50,046 bases of DNA from Ignavibacteriales bacterium (GTDB lineage: Bacteria; Bacteroidota; Ignavibacteria; UBA10030; BY39), in NCBI GenBank assembly GCA_037443545.1, contig JBBIOD010000008.1, positions 1 through 50,046 on the forward strand, written 5' to 3'. The position numbers and the translations under genes were made by a program. A model generated the notes under the pieces. It was not told the DNA's origin and did not search any database. It saw only the letters and a program-made list of their open reading frames with translations. How positions within the stretch are numbered: position 1 is the first letter of the stretch; the number at the start of each line of letters is the position of its first letter. Shown piece by piece: positions 1 to 10,536 of the stretch.

Positions 1-338
1 GATGAAATTTTATAAGTTCATTTTGCTTATCCAAGAATTCATAAAACTTAGGTGTATTATTGTGGTTGAGAATTGTTACTGATTTACCAATTTTTCGGAG
101 GAAGTGGGCAAGGGCAAGCTCACAGCCGAGGCTATCCCCATCGGGATTGACGTGTGATGTGATTACGAAATTATTGTTTTGATTAATAATTTCGGCTACA
201 ATTTGGAAGTTGTGCATATCTATACTTAAAATATTTTTTAATATACTGAATTCAGTCCATCAGTCCAACTAGTCTTTGGCCAATTGTCCATCAATCCACC
301 GATCCTTAACTACATACTGGTTAAACCTTGTTCGAGGT

Positions 339-1352
339 TTACTTAACTTCCCAGGTTTCGCCTCGGTTGAAAAGTTTTTCCAAATCACCGGTTCCTTTTT
401 TTGTTGCAATCTCATCAATCTGACTTTGCATCAATTGTTCATAAGTCGGTTTTTCAACTGCATATACAACTCCGATCGGTCGAGGTAAGTTCGGTATCCC
501 CGACATCCCGGCAAGTATGAATGCTAACATCGGATCTTTTTCGTTGTGAATAATCAAATCACTGGTTGTATATTTCCCATCCGTTAAATAGACGACTTCA
601 GGGGTGAACCCATTTAGGCGAATACCTTGATCTTTATTCTTCCCAAAAATAAGAGGTTTCCCGTCCTCGAGTACAACAACGTTATCATCTTTTGTATCTT
701 TTTCAGTCCACAATTCAAACGCGCCGTCGTTGAACACATTACAGTTCTGATAAATTTCGACGAAAGCCGTTCCGTTATGTGCGGCAGCTCGTTTTATTAC
801 ATTTTGCATGTGTTTAGGATCGCGATCGAGAGTGCGCGCGACAAAAGTTGCCTGAGCGCCCAGTGCCAGCGATAACGGATTAAACGGGTGGTCGATATTT
901 CCAAATGGAGTCGATTTAGTAACTTGACCTTGCAGCGAAGTAGGGGAGAACTGCCCTTTGGTTAACCCATAAATTTGATTGTTGAAAAGTAGAATTTTTA
1001 AACCGATGTTCCTCCGGCAAGCGTGTATAAAATGATTGCCACCGATACTCATCCCGTCGCCGTCACCTGTTGTTACCCAAACCGATAAATCGGGACGTGC
1101 TATTTTTAATCCCGATGCAATCGCGGCAGCCCTGCCGTGTATTCCGTGAAATCCATAAGTATTCATATAATACGGAAAACGACTCGAGCATCCGATGCCT
1201 GAAACAAACACGACTTTCTCTTTCGGTATTCCAAGTTCTGGAAAAACCCTTTGTGTTTGTGCGAGAATGGAGTAATCGCCGCAGCCCGGACACCAGCGAA
1301 CATCTTGATCCGATTGAAAATCTTTCGTTGTATAGATTGGTATTGTATTCAT
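339..1352 (-). CDS. korB: 2-oxoacid:ferredoxin oxidoreductase beta subunit (TPP-binding)
   Basis: WCPGCGD, SGIGCSSR, HGRA and GDGD...NNQIYGLTKGQ motifs; directly follows the alpha subunit. Confidence 0.95.
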   Translation of the reverse strand: MNTIPIYTTKDFQSDQDVRWCPGCGDYSILAQTQRVFPELGIPKEKVVFVSGIGCSSRFPYYMNTYGFHGIHGRAAAIASGLKIARPDLSVWVTTGDGDGMSIGGNHFIHACRRNIGLKILLFNNQIYGLTKGQFSPTSLQGQVTKSTPFGNIDHPFNPLSLALGAQATFVARTLDRDPKHMQNVIKRAAAHNGTAFVEIYQNCNVFNDGAFELWTEKDTKDDNVVVLEDGKPLIFGKNKDQGIRLNGFTPEVVYLTDGKYTTSDLIIHNEKDPMLAFILAGMSGIPNLPRPIGVVYAVEKPTYEQLMQSQIDEIATKKGTGDLEKLFNRGETWEVK

Positions 1353-1353
1353 A

Positions 1354-3189
1354 TTATCCTCTTTTTATCATTTCATCAATTTTTTCTTCAATCTCTACAG
1401 CGCTGAAGGGTAAGCCACGAACTAAATTGAATCCAACAGCATCCACTAAATATTTATCGCGTAAAATATTTATCAACTGACCGAGATTTATTTCCGGAAC
1501 GAGAATTTGTTTGAAGTTCTTCAAAATATCTCCAACGTTTTTCTGTAATGGATTAATATATTTCAAATGCAGGTGCGAAACCGAGAATCCTTCGTTACGT
1601 TTTGTTTCTACAGCATTATGAACCGCACCGTAAGTGCTACCCCAACTAACAACTAATAAATCGCCGGATTCTTCGCCCACAACTTTAGCGAGCGGGATGT
1701 CGTTCGTAATATTATTAATTTTTTCGGCACGTGTTGTGATCATCAAATGATGATTCTCAGGACTGTAACTTATATTACCTGTGATGCTTTCTTTTTCAAG
1801 CCCACCGATTCGATGTTCCAGTCCTGGTGTGCCTGGAATTGCCCACATTCGCGCCAATGTTTGAGGGTCGCGTTTGTAAGGTGCAAAACCTTCCGGGTTT
1901 GTTATAAAGGCGGGAGACAGATCGGAAAGTTCAGAAATTTTTGGAATCAACCACGGCTCGGCACCGTTTGCGATATAACCATCGGTGAGAACTATTACAG
2001 GAGTCATGTATTTTAATGCGATACGAACAGCCTCGAAGGTTGTATCGAAACAATCAGCCGGTGAACAGGCAGCGAATACAGGAATTGGTGCTTCACCGTT
2101 TCTGCCGTAAACTGCTTGGAGTAAATCGGCTTGTTCGGTTTTTGTCGGGAGTCCAGTACTCGGACCGCCTCGCTGCACATCAATAATTACTAAAGGCAAC
2201 TCTAACATCACCGCTAAACCCATTGCTTCAGTTTTTAGTGCCAAACCAGGTCCGCTGGTATTCGTAGCGCCGAGTGCCCCGCCGTATGAAGCGCCGATAG
2301 CGCTTGTTATTCCGGCAATCTCGTCCTCGGCTTGAAAAGTTTTAACACCGTAATTTTTGTATTTGGATAATTCTTGTAATATCTCACTCGCAGGAGTAAT
2401 TGGATATGAACCTAAAAATAATTCCAACTTTGCACATTTAGCCGCTGCCATTAAACCCCAGGCTGTAGCCTCGTTACCCGTTATACTCCGGTAACGCCCT
2501 GGTGGAAGTTGTGCTGGTGCAACCTCAAAACGTACCGTAAATATTTCTGTCGTCTCGCCGTAAGCGTGCCCAGCTTTTAGAACACGGGTATTAGCTTCGA
2601 TTATATCTTCTTTGCCTGAAAATTTTTCTTTGATCCATTTTAACGTTGGTTCCATCGGACGGTTGTACATCCAATATGTTAGTCCGAGAGCAAAAAAGTT
2701 TTTCGTTCGATCCACGATTTTAGGTGATAAATTTAAGTCCTTAAGTGCATTTTGAGTTAGTTTTGAAATCTCAACTGCGTACACTTGATACCTGCCTAAT
2801 GAATCGTTTTGGAGTGGATTTGATTCGTAGCCGGCAAGACGTAAATTTTTATCTGTAAAATTATCAGCGTTTGCAATAATGCTACCCCCCTCACGAAGAT
2901 TTTTTAGATAAACCTTAAGTGCGGCTGGATTCATTACTACTAAGCAATCAGATTTGTCGCCAGGAGTTCTGATTTCGGTGGCCCCGAAATTAATTTGGAA
3001 GCTGCTAACACCAGCGAGAGACCCGGCAGGGGCACGTATCTCGGCAGGATAATCGGGCATGGTAGCTAAATCGTTCCCTACAAATGCCGTTGCTGTGGTA
3101 AATTGACCCCCTGTAAGCTGCATGCCATCTCCCGAATCGCCGGCAAAACGGATTGTTACTTCATCTATGTCTTTGGTTATTTTATTCAT
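1354..3189 (-). CDS. korA: 2-oxoacid:acceptor oxidoreductase alpha subunit (gamma-alpha fusion)
   Basis: AGDSGDGMQLTG, YPITPASE, QAEDEIA, TSGPG and QRGGPSTGLPT motifs. Confidence 0.95.
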   Translation of the reverse strand: MNKITKDIDEVTIRFAGDSGDGMQLTGGQFTTATAFVGNDLATMPDYPAEIRAPAGSLAGVSSFQINFGATEIRTPGDKSDCLVVMNPAALKVYLKNLREGGSIIANADNFTDKNLRLAGYESNPLQNDSLGRYQVYAVEISKLTQNALKDLNLSPKIVDRTKNFFALGLTYWMYNRPMEPTLKWIKEKFSGKEDIIEANTRVLKAGHAYGETTEIFTVRFEVAPAQLPPGRYRSITGNEATAWGLMAAAKCAKLELFLGSYPITPASEILQELSKYKNYGVKTFQAEDEIAGITSAIGASYGGALGATNTSGPGLALKTEAMGLAVMLELPLVIIDVQRGGPSTGLPTKTEQADLLQAVYGRNGEAPIPVFAACSPADCFDTTFEAVRIALKYMTPVIVLTDGYIANGAEPWLIPKISELSDLSPAFITNPEGFAPYKRDPQTLARMWAIPGTPGLEHRIGGLEKESITGNISYSPENHHLMITTRAEKINNITNDIPLAKVVGEESGDLLVVSWGSTYGAVHNAVETKRNEGFSVSHLHLKYINPLQKNVGDILKNFKQILVPEINLGQLINILRDKYLVDAVGFNLVRGLPFSAVEIEEKIDEMIKRG

Positions 3190-3254
3190 TATAGTTCCTA
3201 TTTGAAAGAAAATATTTTATTCATTAGTGGAGAAAATATAAGAATATGCCACTA

Positions 3255-3276
3255 CTTATACAACTGTTTGTATAAG
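3255..3276. promoter_or_regulatory. Perfect 9-bp inverted repeat in the korA/typA divergent region, candidate operator
   Basis: CTTATACAA-ctgt-TTGTATAAG. Confidence 0.4.
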
Positions 3277-3349
3277 ATGCTTTTAAGGGATAAACGATTC
3301 TCATCCGTGTTGTTCGTTTTGTATTCTTGTTAAATTTCCGTATCTTAAA

Positions 3350-3402
3350 AGGCATTTAATTGAACAACTTGCCTCAGGTTTTATGCTTGAGGCATTTTTA
3401 TT
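3350..3402 (+). promoter_or_regulatory. Candidate attenuator in the typA leader
   Basis: Hairpin TGCCTCAGG(3370-3378)/CTTGAGGCA(3386-3394) followed by TTTTTATT; upstream AGGCA(3350-3354) can pair instead with TGCCT. Confidence 0.45.
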
Positions 3403-3433
3403 CCGACATTAATACAATGAAACAAAGTAGTTT

Positions 3434-5290
3434 ATGAATAAAACTGAAAATATACGTAACATAGCTATTATTGCTCACGTTGACCATGGCAAGACGACTC
3501 TCGTCGATCACATGCTCAGACAAACTGGGACTTTTCGTGAAAACCAGGAAGTTGTGAAGCGGGTAATGGACTCGAACGAGCTTGAACGGGAAAAAGGAAT
3601 CACAATACTAGCGAAGAATACCGCTGTAAAATACACGCATACCGATGCAAACGGAAACCAGGAAGTTGTCAAAATAAACATCATAGATACACCGGGGCAT
3701 TCCGATTTTGCGGGTGAGGTCGAACGAACATTGAAAATGGTGAATGGCGTGCTGCTGCTTGTGGATGCTGCTGAAGGTCCGTTACCGGGAACTAAGTTTG
3801 TGTTGAAAAAATCTCTTGAACTGAATTTGCAACCGATTGTAGTTATCAATAAAATTGATCGGAAAGATGCACGGGCACATCAGGTTCTTGATGAAATATT
3901 CGATTTATTCCTATCGCTCGGGGCACACGACCATCAATTGGATTTTCCGATTATTTACTGTATCGCTAAATTGGGCATAGCGAAGAATGAATTAGATAGT
4001 GAAAGTACCAATTTGGTTCCTTTGTTTGAGGCGATAGTGAATAAAATTCCACGTCCGCCATCAGATAGCTTGTCGCCGTTTCAGATGCTCGTTACGACGA
4101 TTGATTATAGTGAATACCTTGGCCGTTTAGGAATCGGACGAGTTGACAGAGGGACAATACGACTCGGTTCGCCGATGAAGATAATCCATCAAGAAGGTGG
4201 AATTGAAGATGCCCGAGTAACAAAAATTTATACATTCGAGGGTTTGAAACGGATTGAGGTCGAAGAAGCATCGGCCGGCGACATTATTGCACTCGCCGGA
4301 ATGGAAGATGTTGATATCGGCGAAACAATTGCCGACGCGGCTGATCCGACTCCTCTGGACTTTGTGAGCATCGAAGAGCCAACGCTTTCCATGAACTTCG
4401 TTGTGAATAATTCACCTTTCGCCGGATTAGAAGGAAAGTATGTTACAAGCCGTCACTTGAATGAGCGATTAATTCGTGAACTCAGGTCGAATGTTAGTAT
4501 GCGCGTCGAACTGACAGACCAACCCGACACATTTAAAATTAGCGGACGCGGTGAATTGCATCTTGCGATTCTTATTGAAACTATGAGGCGCGAAGGATAC
4601 GAGTTTCAAGTCTCTTCCCCTGAAGTTATTTACAAACGCATCGATGATGTGCTGTGTGAACCGATGGAGCATGTAATTGTGGACGTTCCTGATGAGTTTG
4701 TTGGAAGAGTTATTGAGAATTTTGGTTCGCGACGTGGAGTTATGAAAAACATGATTCAATCGCAAGGGAACTCACGGCTCGAATTTATTGTGCCTGCACG
4801 TGGGCTACTTGGTTTCAGAACGGAATTCATGACTGAGACGAAAGGCACAGGAATTCTGCATCACAATTTTCACGGATATGAACCGCACAAAGGGAGTGTA
4901 ACAACACGACATAAGGGCGCTGTAGTTCAGCTCGAAGATGGACTTGCTACTGGATATGCAATGTTTAAATTACAGGAACGCATCACTTTTTTTATTGAAC
5001 CGGGGATGAAGGTGTATAAAGGCATGATTGTGGGCGAAAACTCCCGCGAAGAAGATTTGATTGTTAATATTTGTAAGACGAAACAATTAACAAATATGCG
5101 TGCGAGCGGTGCCGATGACGCAATTCGGTTAGAACCTCCGCGGATACATTCGCTTGAGCAAGCGATTGAGTGGATAGGGAACGACGAATACATCGAAGTT
5201 ACACCGAAATCGCTGCGCCTGCGAAAAAAATATCTAGACCACAATGAACGGTCGAGGATGGAAAAGAAAGCTACAGTAGAAGCAGAATAA
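3434..5290 (+). CDS. typA: Translational GTPase TypA/BipA
   Basis: [28 protein letters not shown] and C-terminal [11 protein letters not shown]. Confidence 0.97.
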   Translation: MNKTENIRNIAIIAHVDHGKTTLVDHMLRQTGTFRENQEVVKRVMDSNELEREKGITILAKNTAVKYTHTDANGNQEVVKINIIDTPGHSDFAGEVERTLKMVNGVLLLVDAAEGPLPGTKFVLKKSLELNLQPIVVINKIDRKDARAHQVLDEIFDLFLSLGAHDHQLDFPIIYCIAKLGIAKNELDSESTNLVPLFEAIVNKIPRPPSDSLSPFQMLVTTIDYSEYLGRLGIGRVDRGTIRLGSPMKIIHQEGGIEDARVTKIYTFEGLKRIEVEEASAGDIIALAGMEDVDIGETIADAADPTPLDFVSIEEPTLSMNFVVNNSPFAGLEGKYVTSRHLNERLIRELRSNVSMRVELTDQPDTFKISGRGELHLAILIETMRREGYEFQVSSPEVIYKRIDDVLCEPMEHVIVDVPDEFVGRVIENFGSRRGVMKNMIQSQGNSRLEFIVPARGLLGFRTEFMTETKGTGILHHNFHGYEPHKGSVTTRHKGAVVQLEDGLATGYAMFKLQERITFFIEPGMKVYKGMIVGENSREEDLIVNICKTKQLTNMRASGADDAIRLEPPRIHSLEQAIEWIGNDEYIEVTPKSLRLRKKYLDHNERSRMEKKATVEAE

Positions 5291-5326
5291 CAAAAAACCC
5301 CGTTTATAAAACGGGGTTTTTTGTTA
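5288..5326. terminator. Bidirectional intrinsic terminator between convergent typA and rplI
   Basis: Perfect 18-bp inverted repeat TAACAAAAAACCCCGTTT-ata-AAACGGGGTTTTTTGTTA with U-tracts on both strands. Confidence 0.92.
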
Positions 5327-5355
5327 CATCTTGATGGTAGGGAAGCTGAACTGAA

Positions 5356-5799
5356 TTATTCTCGAACTACCCAAACTTTTAATTTTGCTGTAACTTTTGT
5401 GTGAAGTTTTACAGGGACTGTATAAATTCCAAGAGCTTTAATTGGCTCTTCGAGTTCAATAATTCGCTTATCGATGATAAATCCCTGTTCCTGCAAGGCA
5501 TCGCTGATCGATTGTGATGTAACCGAACCGAAGAGTTTTTCATCTTCACCAACGTTTGCCTTGATGGTTACCGAAATATTTTCAATTTTCGAACCAAGTT
5601 TTTGAGCGTTGAGTTCTTCCTTCTGTTCTCTGTAAGCGTGTTGTTTTTTCTCTTCTTCAAGAGTTTTCAGGTTTCCTTTTGTTGCTGCATACGCGATGCC
5701 GTGAGGAATTAAATAGTTACGGGCAAAGCCACCTTTTACATCAACCGCGTCGCCGATTTTACCTAAATTTTCGAAGTCACGTCTCAATATTATTTTCAT
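5356..5799 (-). CDS. rplI: 50S ribosomal protein L9 (start revised to ATG at 5799, MKIILRRD)
   Basis: VKGGFARNYLIP and KLFGSVT motifs; the longer ORF start at 5907 overlaps rpsR. Confidence 0.95.
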   Translation of the reverse strand: MKIILRRDFENLGKIGDAVDVKGGFARNYLIPHGIAYAATKGNLKTLEEEKKQHAYREQKEELNAQKLGSKIENISVTIKANVGEDEKLFGSVTSQSISDALQEQGFIIDKRIIELEEPIKALGIYTVPVKLHTKVTAKLKVWVVRE

Positions 5800-5816
5800 T
5801 TTAATTTCCCTTCTCT

Positions 5817-6074
5817 TTATCGAATTGTATCGCCTACATATGGCAGTAGTGCCAAGTGTCGTGCTCTTTTGATTGCAACCACCAATTGTCTTTGGTGCTT
5901 TGAACAAGTTCCTGTAATTCGTTTAGGTATAATTTTACCTTGTTCGTTTAAAAACCTTTGAATTTTTTTCTCATCTTTATAGTCGATGTAAATTTCTTTA
6001 ATATCACAAAATTTACAAGTCCTTTTTTTACGTAATTGATTTGTTTCTAATTTTTTAAGTTCTACTCGTCTCAT
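5817..6074 (-). CDS. rpsR: 30S ribosomal protein S18 (Zn-binding type)
   Basis: CKFC...IDYKD...[17 protein letters not shown]...AIKRAR. Confidence 0.96.
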   Translation of the reverse strand: MRRVELKKLETNQLRKKRTCKFCDIKEIYIDYKDEKKIQRFLNEQGKIIPKRITGTCSKHQRQLVVAIKRARHLALLPYVGDTIR

Positions 6075-6078
6075 TTTT

Positions 6079-6552
6079 TTATTCCTTTAATAGTTTTGAT
6101 GCTTCATTCGTAAGAAATTTATCGAAAGAATCATCTTCAAAAATATCCAGGCATTCATTGTTTTCTGAAGTGCTACCGTTAAGTGTTTCGGCTTCAAAAT
6201 TTTTCCCGAATTTATTTAGAAATTGAATTCTTCGAGCTTTAATCTCAATGATTGGTCGTACGGACGATTCGTCAATTTTTACATTTCGGCTCTGAAGTTC
6301 ACCATCGACGAACACTGCGTTTCCTTTTTTTAATCGGTTGATACAGCTTTCAGCAAGCCTGTTCCACGCTACAATTCCTACGAAACAAACTTCCTCTTGC
6401 CAATTATTTTCGCTGTCGCGGTAGCGCCGATTGGCAGCTATCGCAAAATTAACAACCGATGTATTATTGGATGTTTTTCGAAATAGCGGGTCTCTTGTTA
6501 AATTGCCAACTATCATCACACTGTTGAGTTCAGGTAGTTTTATATCTGCCAT
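6079..6552 (-). CDS. ssb: Single-stranded DNA-binding protein
   Basis: [15 protein letters not shown]-fold signature; rpsF-ssb-rpsR synteny. Confidence 0.9.
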   Translation of the reverse strand: MADIKLPELNSVMIVGNLTRDPLFRKTSNNTSVVNFAIAANRRYRDSENNWQEEVCFVGIVAWNRLAESCINRLKKGNAVFVDGELQSRNVKIDESSVRPIIEIKARRIQFLNKFGKNFEAETLNGSTSENNECLDIFEDDSFDKFLTNEASKLLKE

Positions 6553-6599
6553 GACAAAACCTCTGTACTAATCATTCAATAAGTTATACATATTTTATA

Positions 6600-7016
6600 T
6601 CAACTGATTTTTTCTTCTTCGTCAAAGAGTGGTTCTTTGCCGGGTATTTCAATTGTATCGAGTATATCCTCGATGTCGGGTATCGGGATTGGAAGTTGAC
6701 GTTGAGCTTTCAATGCCTTTTTATCAAGTTGAATAGTTAAATAACGAATTATATTTTCATCGAGTTTGTAGAATTTTTCTATTTGTTGAATAGCAGATCC
6801 AGGTGCTATAAATTCGATGAATGCATAGTAGCCATTATTTTTTTTCTTAATAGGGTAAACAAGGCGTTTCCGTCCCCATTTATTTATAGCTGTAATTTCG
6901 CCGCCGTAGCGAGTAATTTGTTCCTGCACCTTCTCGATGATTCCTTCGATTACCGGATCATCCAAAGATGCATTCACGATGAATGTTGTTTCGTAAAAGC
7001 GTTTTGTTTTTTCCAT
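6600..7016 (-). CDS. rpsF: 30S ribosomal protein S6
   Basis: [17 protein letters not shown] and IIRYL motifs; acidic tail. Confidence 0.96.
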   Translation of the reverse strand: MEKTKRFYETTFIVNASLDDPVIEGIIEKVQEQITRYGGEITAINKWGRKRLVYPIKKKNNGYYAFIEFIAPGSAIQQIEKFYKLDENIIRYLTIQLDKKALKAQRQLPIPIPDIEDILDTIEIPGKEPLFDEEEKIS

Positions 7017-7090
7017 TTTTTGCCCTTTGGACAGTTATTGTTATTTGTTGATTCTGGCTCGTGCCATACATTTTGGGACGAGCAGGGTTT
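7017..7090 (-). ncRNA. Probable S6:S18 ribosomal-protein leader RNA
   Basis: Minus strand: CCCU(7087-7084) pairs with AGGG(7026-7023); inner hairpin GCUCGU.CCA/UGG.ACGAGC (7083-7057); unpaired CCA (CCR motif, 7030-7028) just before the rpsF start. Confidence 0.65.
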
Positions 7091-7099
7091 ATTTAAAAT

Positions 7100-9232
7100 T
7101 TATCTAAGAAGCAGTGGAGCAATAACGAGTGAAACCACCGACATCAATTTTATTAAAATATTCATTGAAGGTCCTGATGTATCTTTAAAAGGATCGCCTA
7201 CTGTGTCGCCAACGACAGCGGCTTTGTGAGCATCGGAACCTTTCTTTTCACCAGGAATTTCTCCTTTTTCAATTGCTTTCTTCGCATTGTCCCAAGCACC
7301 GCCGGCATTTGCCATCATTAATGCGAGCAAAACACCTGTTACAGTAGCACCTGCGAGCATTCCACCTAACGCAGCAGGTCCGATTAAGAAACCGACTAAC
7401 ACAGGGGCGACGACTGCAGTAACACCTGGTAAAACCATTTCACGAAGGGCGGCTGAAGTTGATATATCGACGCAGCGTGCAGTATCTGGTTTAGCATTCG
7501 GATCGCCAGCCAATAATCCGGGTATTTCACGGAATTGTCTTCTGATTTCGTCGACCATTTTTCCTGCAGCCTTTCCTACTGAAGTCATTGTTAATGCCGC
7601 AATAAAAAACGGGAGTACACCACCTATGAAAAGGCCGATTACTACAGATGGCTCAGTAATAACAATTTGCAAAGGGTTTTCGTTGTGCGACAATAAAAAA
7701 TCGTACATTTTCCATTGTCCAATTAATTCAACCCCAGCTTCTTTCATTTCTCCAAGTTTGGTAACGATGGTTGCATTTACGGCTTGAGCGAAGGCAGCAA
7801 ATAAAGCAAGGGCTGTGAGTGCCGCGGAACCAATAGCAAATCCTTTACCGATAGCAGCAGTAGTGTTACCGAGTGCGTCAAGTCCGTCGGTAATTTTTCG
7901 AACATCAGCTCCTAATCCCGACATTTCAGATATACCCCCAGCGTTGTCGGCTATTGGTCCGTAAGCATCAACCGACATTGTAATACCGACAGTTGCTAAC
8001 ATACCCACAGCAGCAATTCCAATTCCGTAAAGTCCAGCAACTTCGTTTGAAACAAATATAGCGACACAAATTGCGAGAACAGGTAAGGCTACCGATTCCA
8101 AACCGACTGCTAATCCATGAATGATGTTTGTTGCTGAACCGGTTTTACTCGCTTCGCCGATACGCTTAACTGGTTTTGATGATGTATAATATTCTGTTAT
8201 AAGCCCGATAAAAATTCCGCCAATGGTTCCGAAGAATATCGCCCAGAAAACATTATTGTTCACATGGAATACTTGTGTAATATATAAACTACCGAGTAAG
8301 AATATGCCGGCAGAAATAAATGTTGAATAACGCAAAGCAGCAGCCGGTGAGAATTGTTTTAGGATTCGCATTGAACCGATTCCAATGAATGAAGCAAGTA
8401 AACCTATGGCAGCAAGAACTATCGGAAGAGCCATTAAAATACCTTTAATGTCAAAATCGGTTACAGTTGGAACAGCTTTTAATAAATTTAAACCTTCAGG
8501 AAGCAGAGTAGCAGCGATAGCAATGGTTGCAACGATAGAACCGACATAAGATTCGAAAATGTCAGCACCCATACCTGCTACGTCGCCAACGTTATCGCCG
8601 ACGAGATCTGCAATAACACCGGGGTTGCGGGGATCGTCTTCCGGAATACCAGCTTCTACTTTTCCAACTAAATCAGAGCCGACATCAGCAGCTTTTGTGT
8701 AAATACCTCCACCAACGCGTGCAAAAAGAGCAATCGAACTTGCCCCCATAGCAAAACCATTTATAATATTTGCAGTTGCAGGGCTCCCAAAAAAGTAGAA
8801 GAAGATTCCCACTCCGATCAGACCGAGACTTGCAACACTAACACCCATAACAGCCCCACCATTGAAAGCGACTAACAAGGCAGACCCTTGTCCCTTTTCT
8901 TTTGCCGCTTGTGCAGTTCTTATGTTTGCTTTTGTTGCTGCTGTCATACCGAAGAAACCTGCAAGTACAGAACTAACTGCTCCACTAATGAATGCGGTAG
9001 CTGTTTGCCAATTTAGGAAAATACCCAATAAAAGAAATACGATGAGTATAAAGAATAGAAGTACATAGTATTCTCGTTTTAAAAAAGCCATTGCTCCAAT
9101 ATGAATTTGGGAAGCGATGCCTTTCATTTTGTCATTTCCGGCGGATTGCCGTTTGATTGATAGGTAAATTACTAAAGCCACAAATAAACCTAAAAATCCA
9201 AGAACGATTGATGAATTTGATAGTAAAGCCAT
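7100..9232 (-). CDS. hppA: Membrane-integral pyrophosphatase, K+-dependent, probably Na+-translocating
   Basis: [39 protein letters not shown] and [14 protein letters not shown] motifs; many hydrophobic helices. Confidence 0.95.
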   Translation of the reverse strand: MALLSNSSIVLGFLGLFVALVIYLSIKRQSAGNDKMKGIASQIHIGAMAFLKREYYVLLFFILIVFLLLGIFLNWQTATAFISGAVSSVLAGFFGMTAATKANIRTAQAAKEKGQGSALLVAFNGGAVMGVSVASLGLIGVGIFFYFFGSPATANIINGFAMGASSIALFARVGGGIYTKAADVGSDLVGKVEAGIPEDDPRNPGVIADLVGDNVGDVAGMGADIFESYVGSIVATIAIAATLLPEGLNLLKAVPTVTDFDIKGILMALPIVLAAIGLLASFIGIGSMRILKQFSPAAALRYSTFISAGIFLLGSLYITQVFHVNNNVFWAIFFGTIGGIFIGLITEYYTSSKPVKRIGEASKTGSATNIIHGLAVGLESVALPVLAICVAIFVSNEVAGLYGIGIAAVGMLATVGITMSVDAYGPIADNAGGISEMSGLGADVRKITDGLDALGNTTAAIGKGFAIGSAALTALALFAAFAQAVNATIVTKLGEMKEAGVELIGQWKMYDFLLSHNENPLQIVITEPSVVIGLFIGGVLPFFIAALTMTSVGKAAGKMVDEIRRQFREIPGLLAGDPNAKPDTARCVDISTSAALREMVLPGVTAVVAPVLVGFLIGPAALGGMLAGATVTGVLLALMMANAGGAWDNAKKAIEKGEIPGEKKGSDAHKAAVVGDTVGDPFKDTSGPSMNILIKLMSVVSLVIAPLLLR

Positions 9233-9242
9233 ACGAATAATT

Positions 9243-9824
9243 TTACTCCGTTTTTTTTGTGTTATATTTGTTCATAGCGGTATAGATGCCATCGCTCAAA
9301 AATGTGAGCGACGCATTACGAGCCGTCGTAATCATTTCGTCAACAATCGGTTTTTCATTTTCTTCGAAAGTGGAGAGAACATATTGCGCTTTTTCTGTTT
9401 TTAGACGAGGCATAGTTACTCCGGCGATTCCACAACGTAAACGCGGGAAGTTCTGCTTTTGGATATGATGAATTATTGAAAACAATCCATTGTGTCCACC
9501 GTCTATGCCCCTCTGCCGTAAACGGAGTGTTCCGAGTGGAAGATCAAAATCATCGCAAACAACAAAAATATTTTCGGGTACTGCTTTGAATCGTTCGATT
9601 AAATCAACGATTGCCAAACCGCTGTTGTTCATATAAGTAATCGGTTTTACCAGGCCCACCTTTTTCCCTTGATAAGTAGTAAAACTTATGAGATACTCAC
9701 CCCGTCCTGCGAATAGTTTTGTGTTCAATCTTTCGCATAAAGTATCGATAACGCGGAAACCAACATTATGTCGAGTCCCTTCGTATTCTGAACCAGGATT
9801 TCCTAATCCTATGATGAAATACAC
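9243..9824 (-). CDS. pth: Peptidyl-tRNA hydrolase
   Basis: GLGNPG..Y..TRHNVGF, KP.TYMN.SG and GGHNG motifs. Confidence 0.96.
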   Translation of the reverse strand: MYFIIGLGNPGSEYEGTRHNVGFRVIDTLCERLNTKLFAGRGEYLISFTTYQGKKVGLVKPITYMNNSGLAIVDLIERFKAVPENIFVVCDDFDLPLGTLRLRQRGIDGGHNGLFSIIHHIQKQNFPRLRCGIAGVTMPRLKTEKAQYVLSTFEENEKPIVDEMITTARNASLTFLSDGIYTAMNKYNTKKTE

Positions 9825-9863
9825 TTATAAAATCTATGATTTAGTTAATGATAAATAAATTAA

Positions 9864-10514
9864 TTAATCAGCAGCTTCTTCTTCGTCTTCAGCTGCTTTT
9901 TTGCCCTTGCCAACAACTTCTGGTTCTGCAACTGCTTCGGCTGCGACCTCGGCAGCTACTTTTTCAACCAGTGGTGGAAGGATTGCAACGATGGTGTTAT
10001 TTTCATTATCGAGAATCAGAAAATTTTCCACTTTCAAATCTTTTATGTGAACCGACTGATTGATCAGAAGTTCTTCAGCGTTTATTGCGATGTGTTGAGG
10101 AATGTATTCTGGTAAACAGGAAATTTTTAATTTATGTATGATATGTTGTAGAATTCCACCTTCGCGAACACCTTTCGGGATTCCTCCCGTGATCACGACC
10201 GGAATATCCAACGTTAATTTTTCATCAGCCCTCACTCCTTGCAAATCAACATGGACTGGTTTTTCGGTTACTGGGTCAAGCTGTACATCTTTTAGGATGC
10301 ATCGTTTTTCTGTTCCATTGCTTAATTTAAGATTGATTAGGTTGGTCTCGGATGAATGTATAAGTTTCACGAGGCTTTTTTCTGGTAGAGCGACTGTTAA
10401 ATTATCCTCGCCGTGGATGTAAAAAATTCCTGGAATTTTTCCTTCACGCCGTAGTGCACCGGGTTTTTTTCCTTTTAATTCCCTTAATTCAGCATGTAAA
10501 ATTACTTCTGCCAT
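9864..10514 (-). CDS. rplY: 50S ribosomal protein L25/Ctc (long form)
   Basis: LRREGKIPGIFY, Q.DPV....HVDL and GVREGG motifs; prs-rplY-pth synteny. Confidence 0.95.
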   Translation of the reverse strand: MAEVILHAELRELKGKKPGALRREGKIPGIFYIHGEDNLTVALPEKSLVKLIHSSETNLINLKLSNGTEKRCILKDVQLDPVTEKPVHVDLQGVRADEKLTLDIPVVITGGIPKGVREGGILQHIIHKLKISCLPEYIPQHIAINAEELLINQSVHIKDLKVENFLILDNENNTIVAILPPLVEKVAAEVAAEAVAEPEVVGKGKKAAEDEEEAAD

Positions 10515-10536
10515 TCTTTTTTCCTTTAATGATTAA

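Noticed and set aside
1-45. Start of a minus-strand gene running off the left edge
   Set aside because: Only about 11 codons are visible (possible TTG-DKQNELIKFH), too little to support a call
252-306. CRISPR array
   Set aside because: Units are 8 nt, degenerate and have no spacers; no cas genes
5800-5907. N-terminal extension of L9 in the ORF track
   Set aside because: It overlaps rpsR in another frame; L9 homology begins at ATG 5799
7287-7787. 166-aa antisense ORF in hppA, and the many other 60-150 aa antisense or overlapping ORFs
   Set aside because: They are shadows of well-supported genes and have no recognisable motifs
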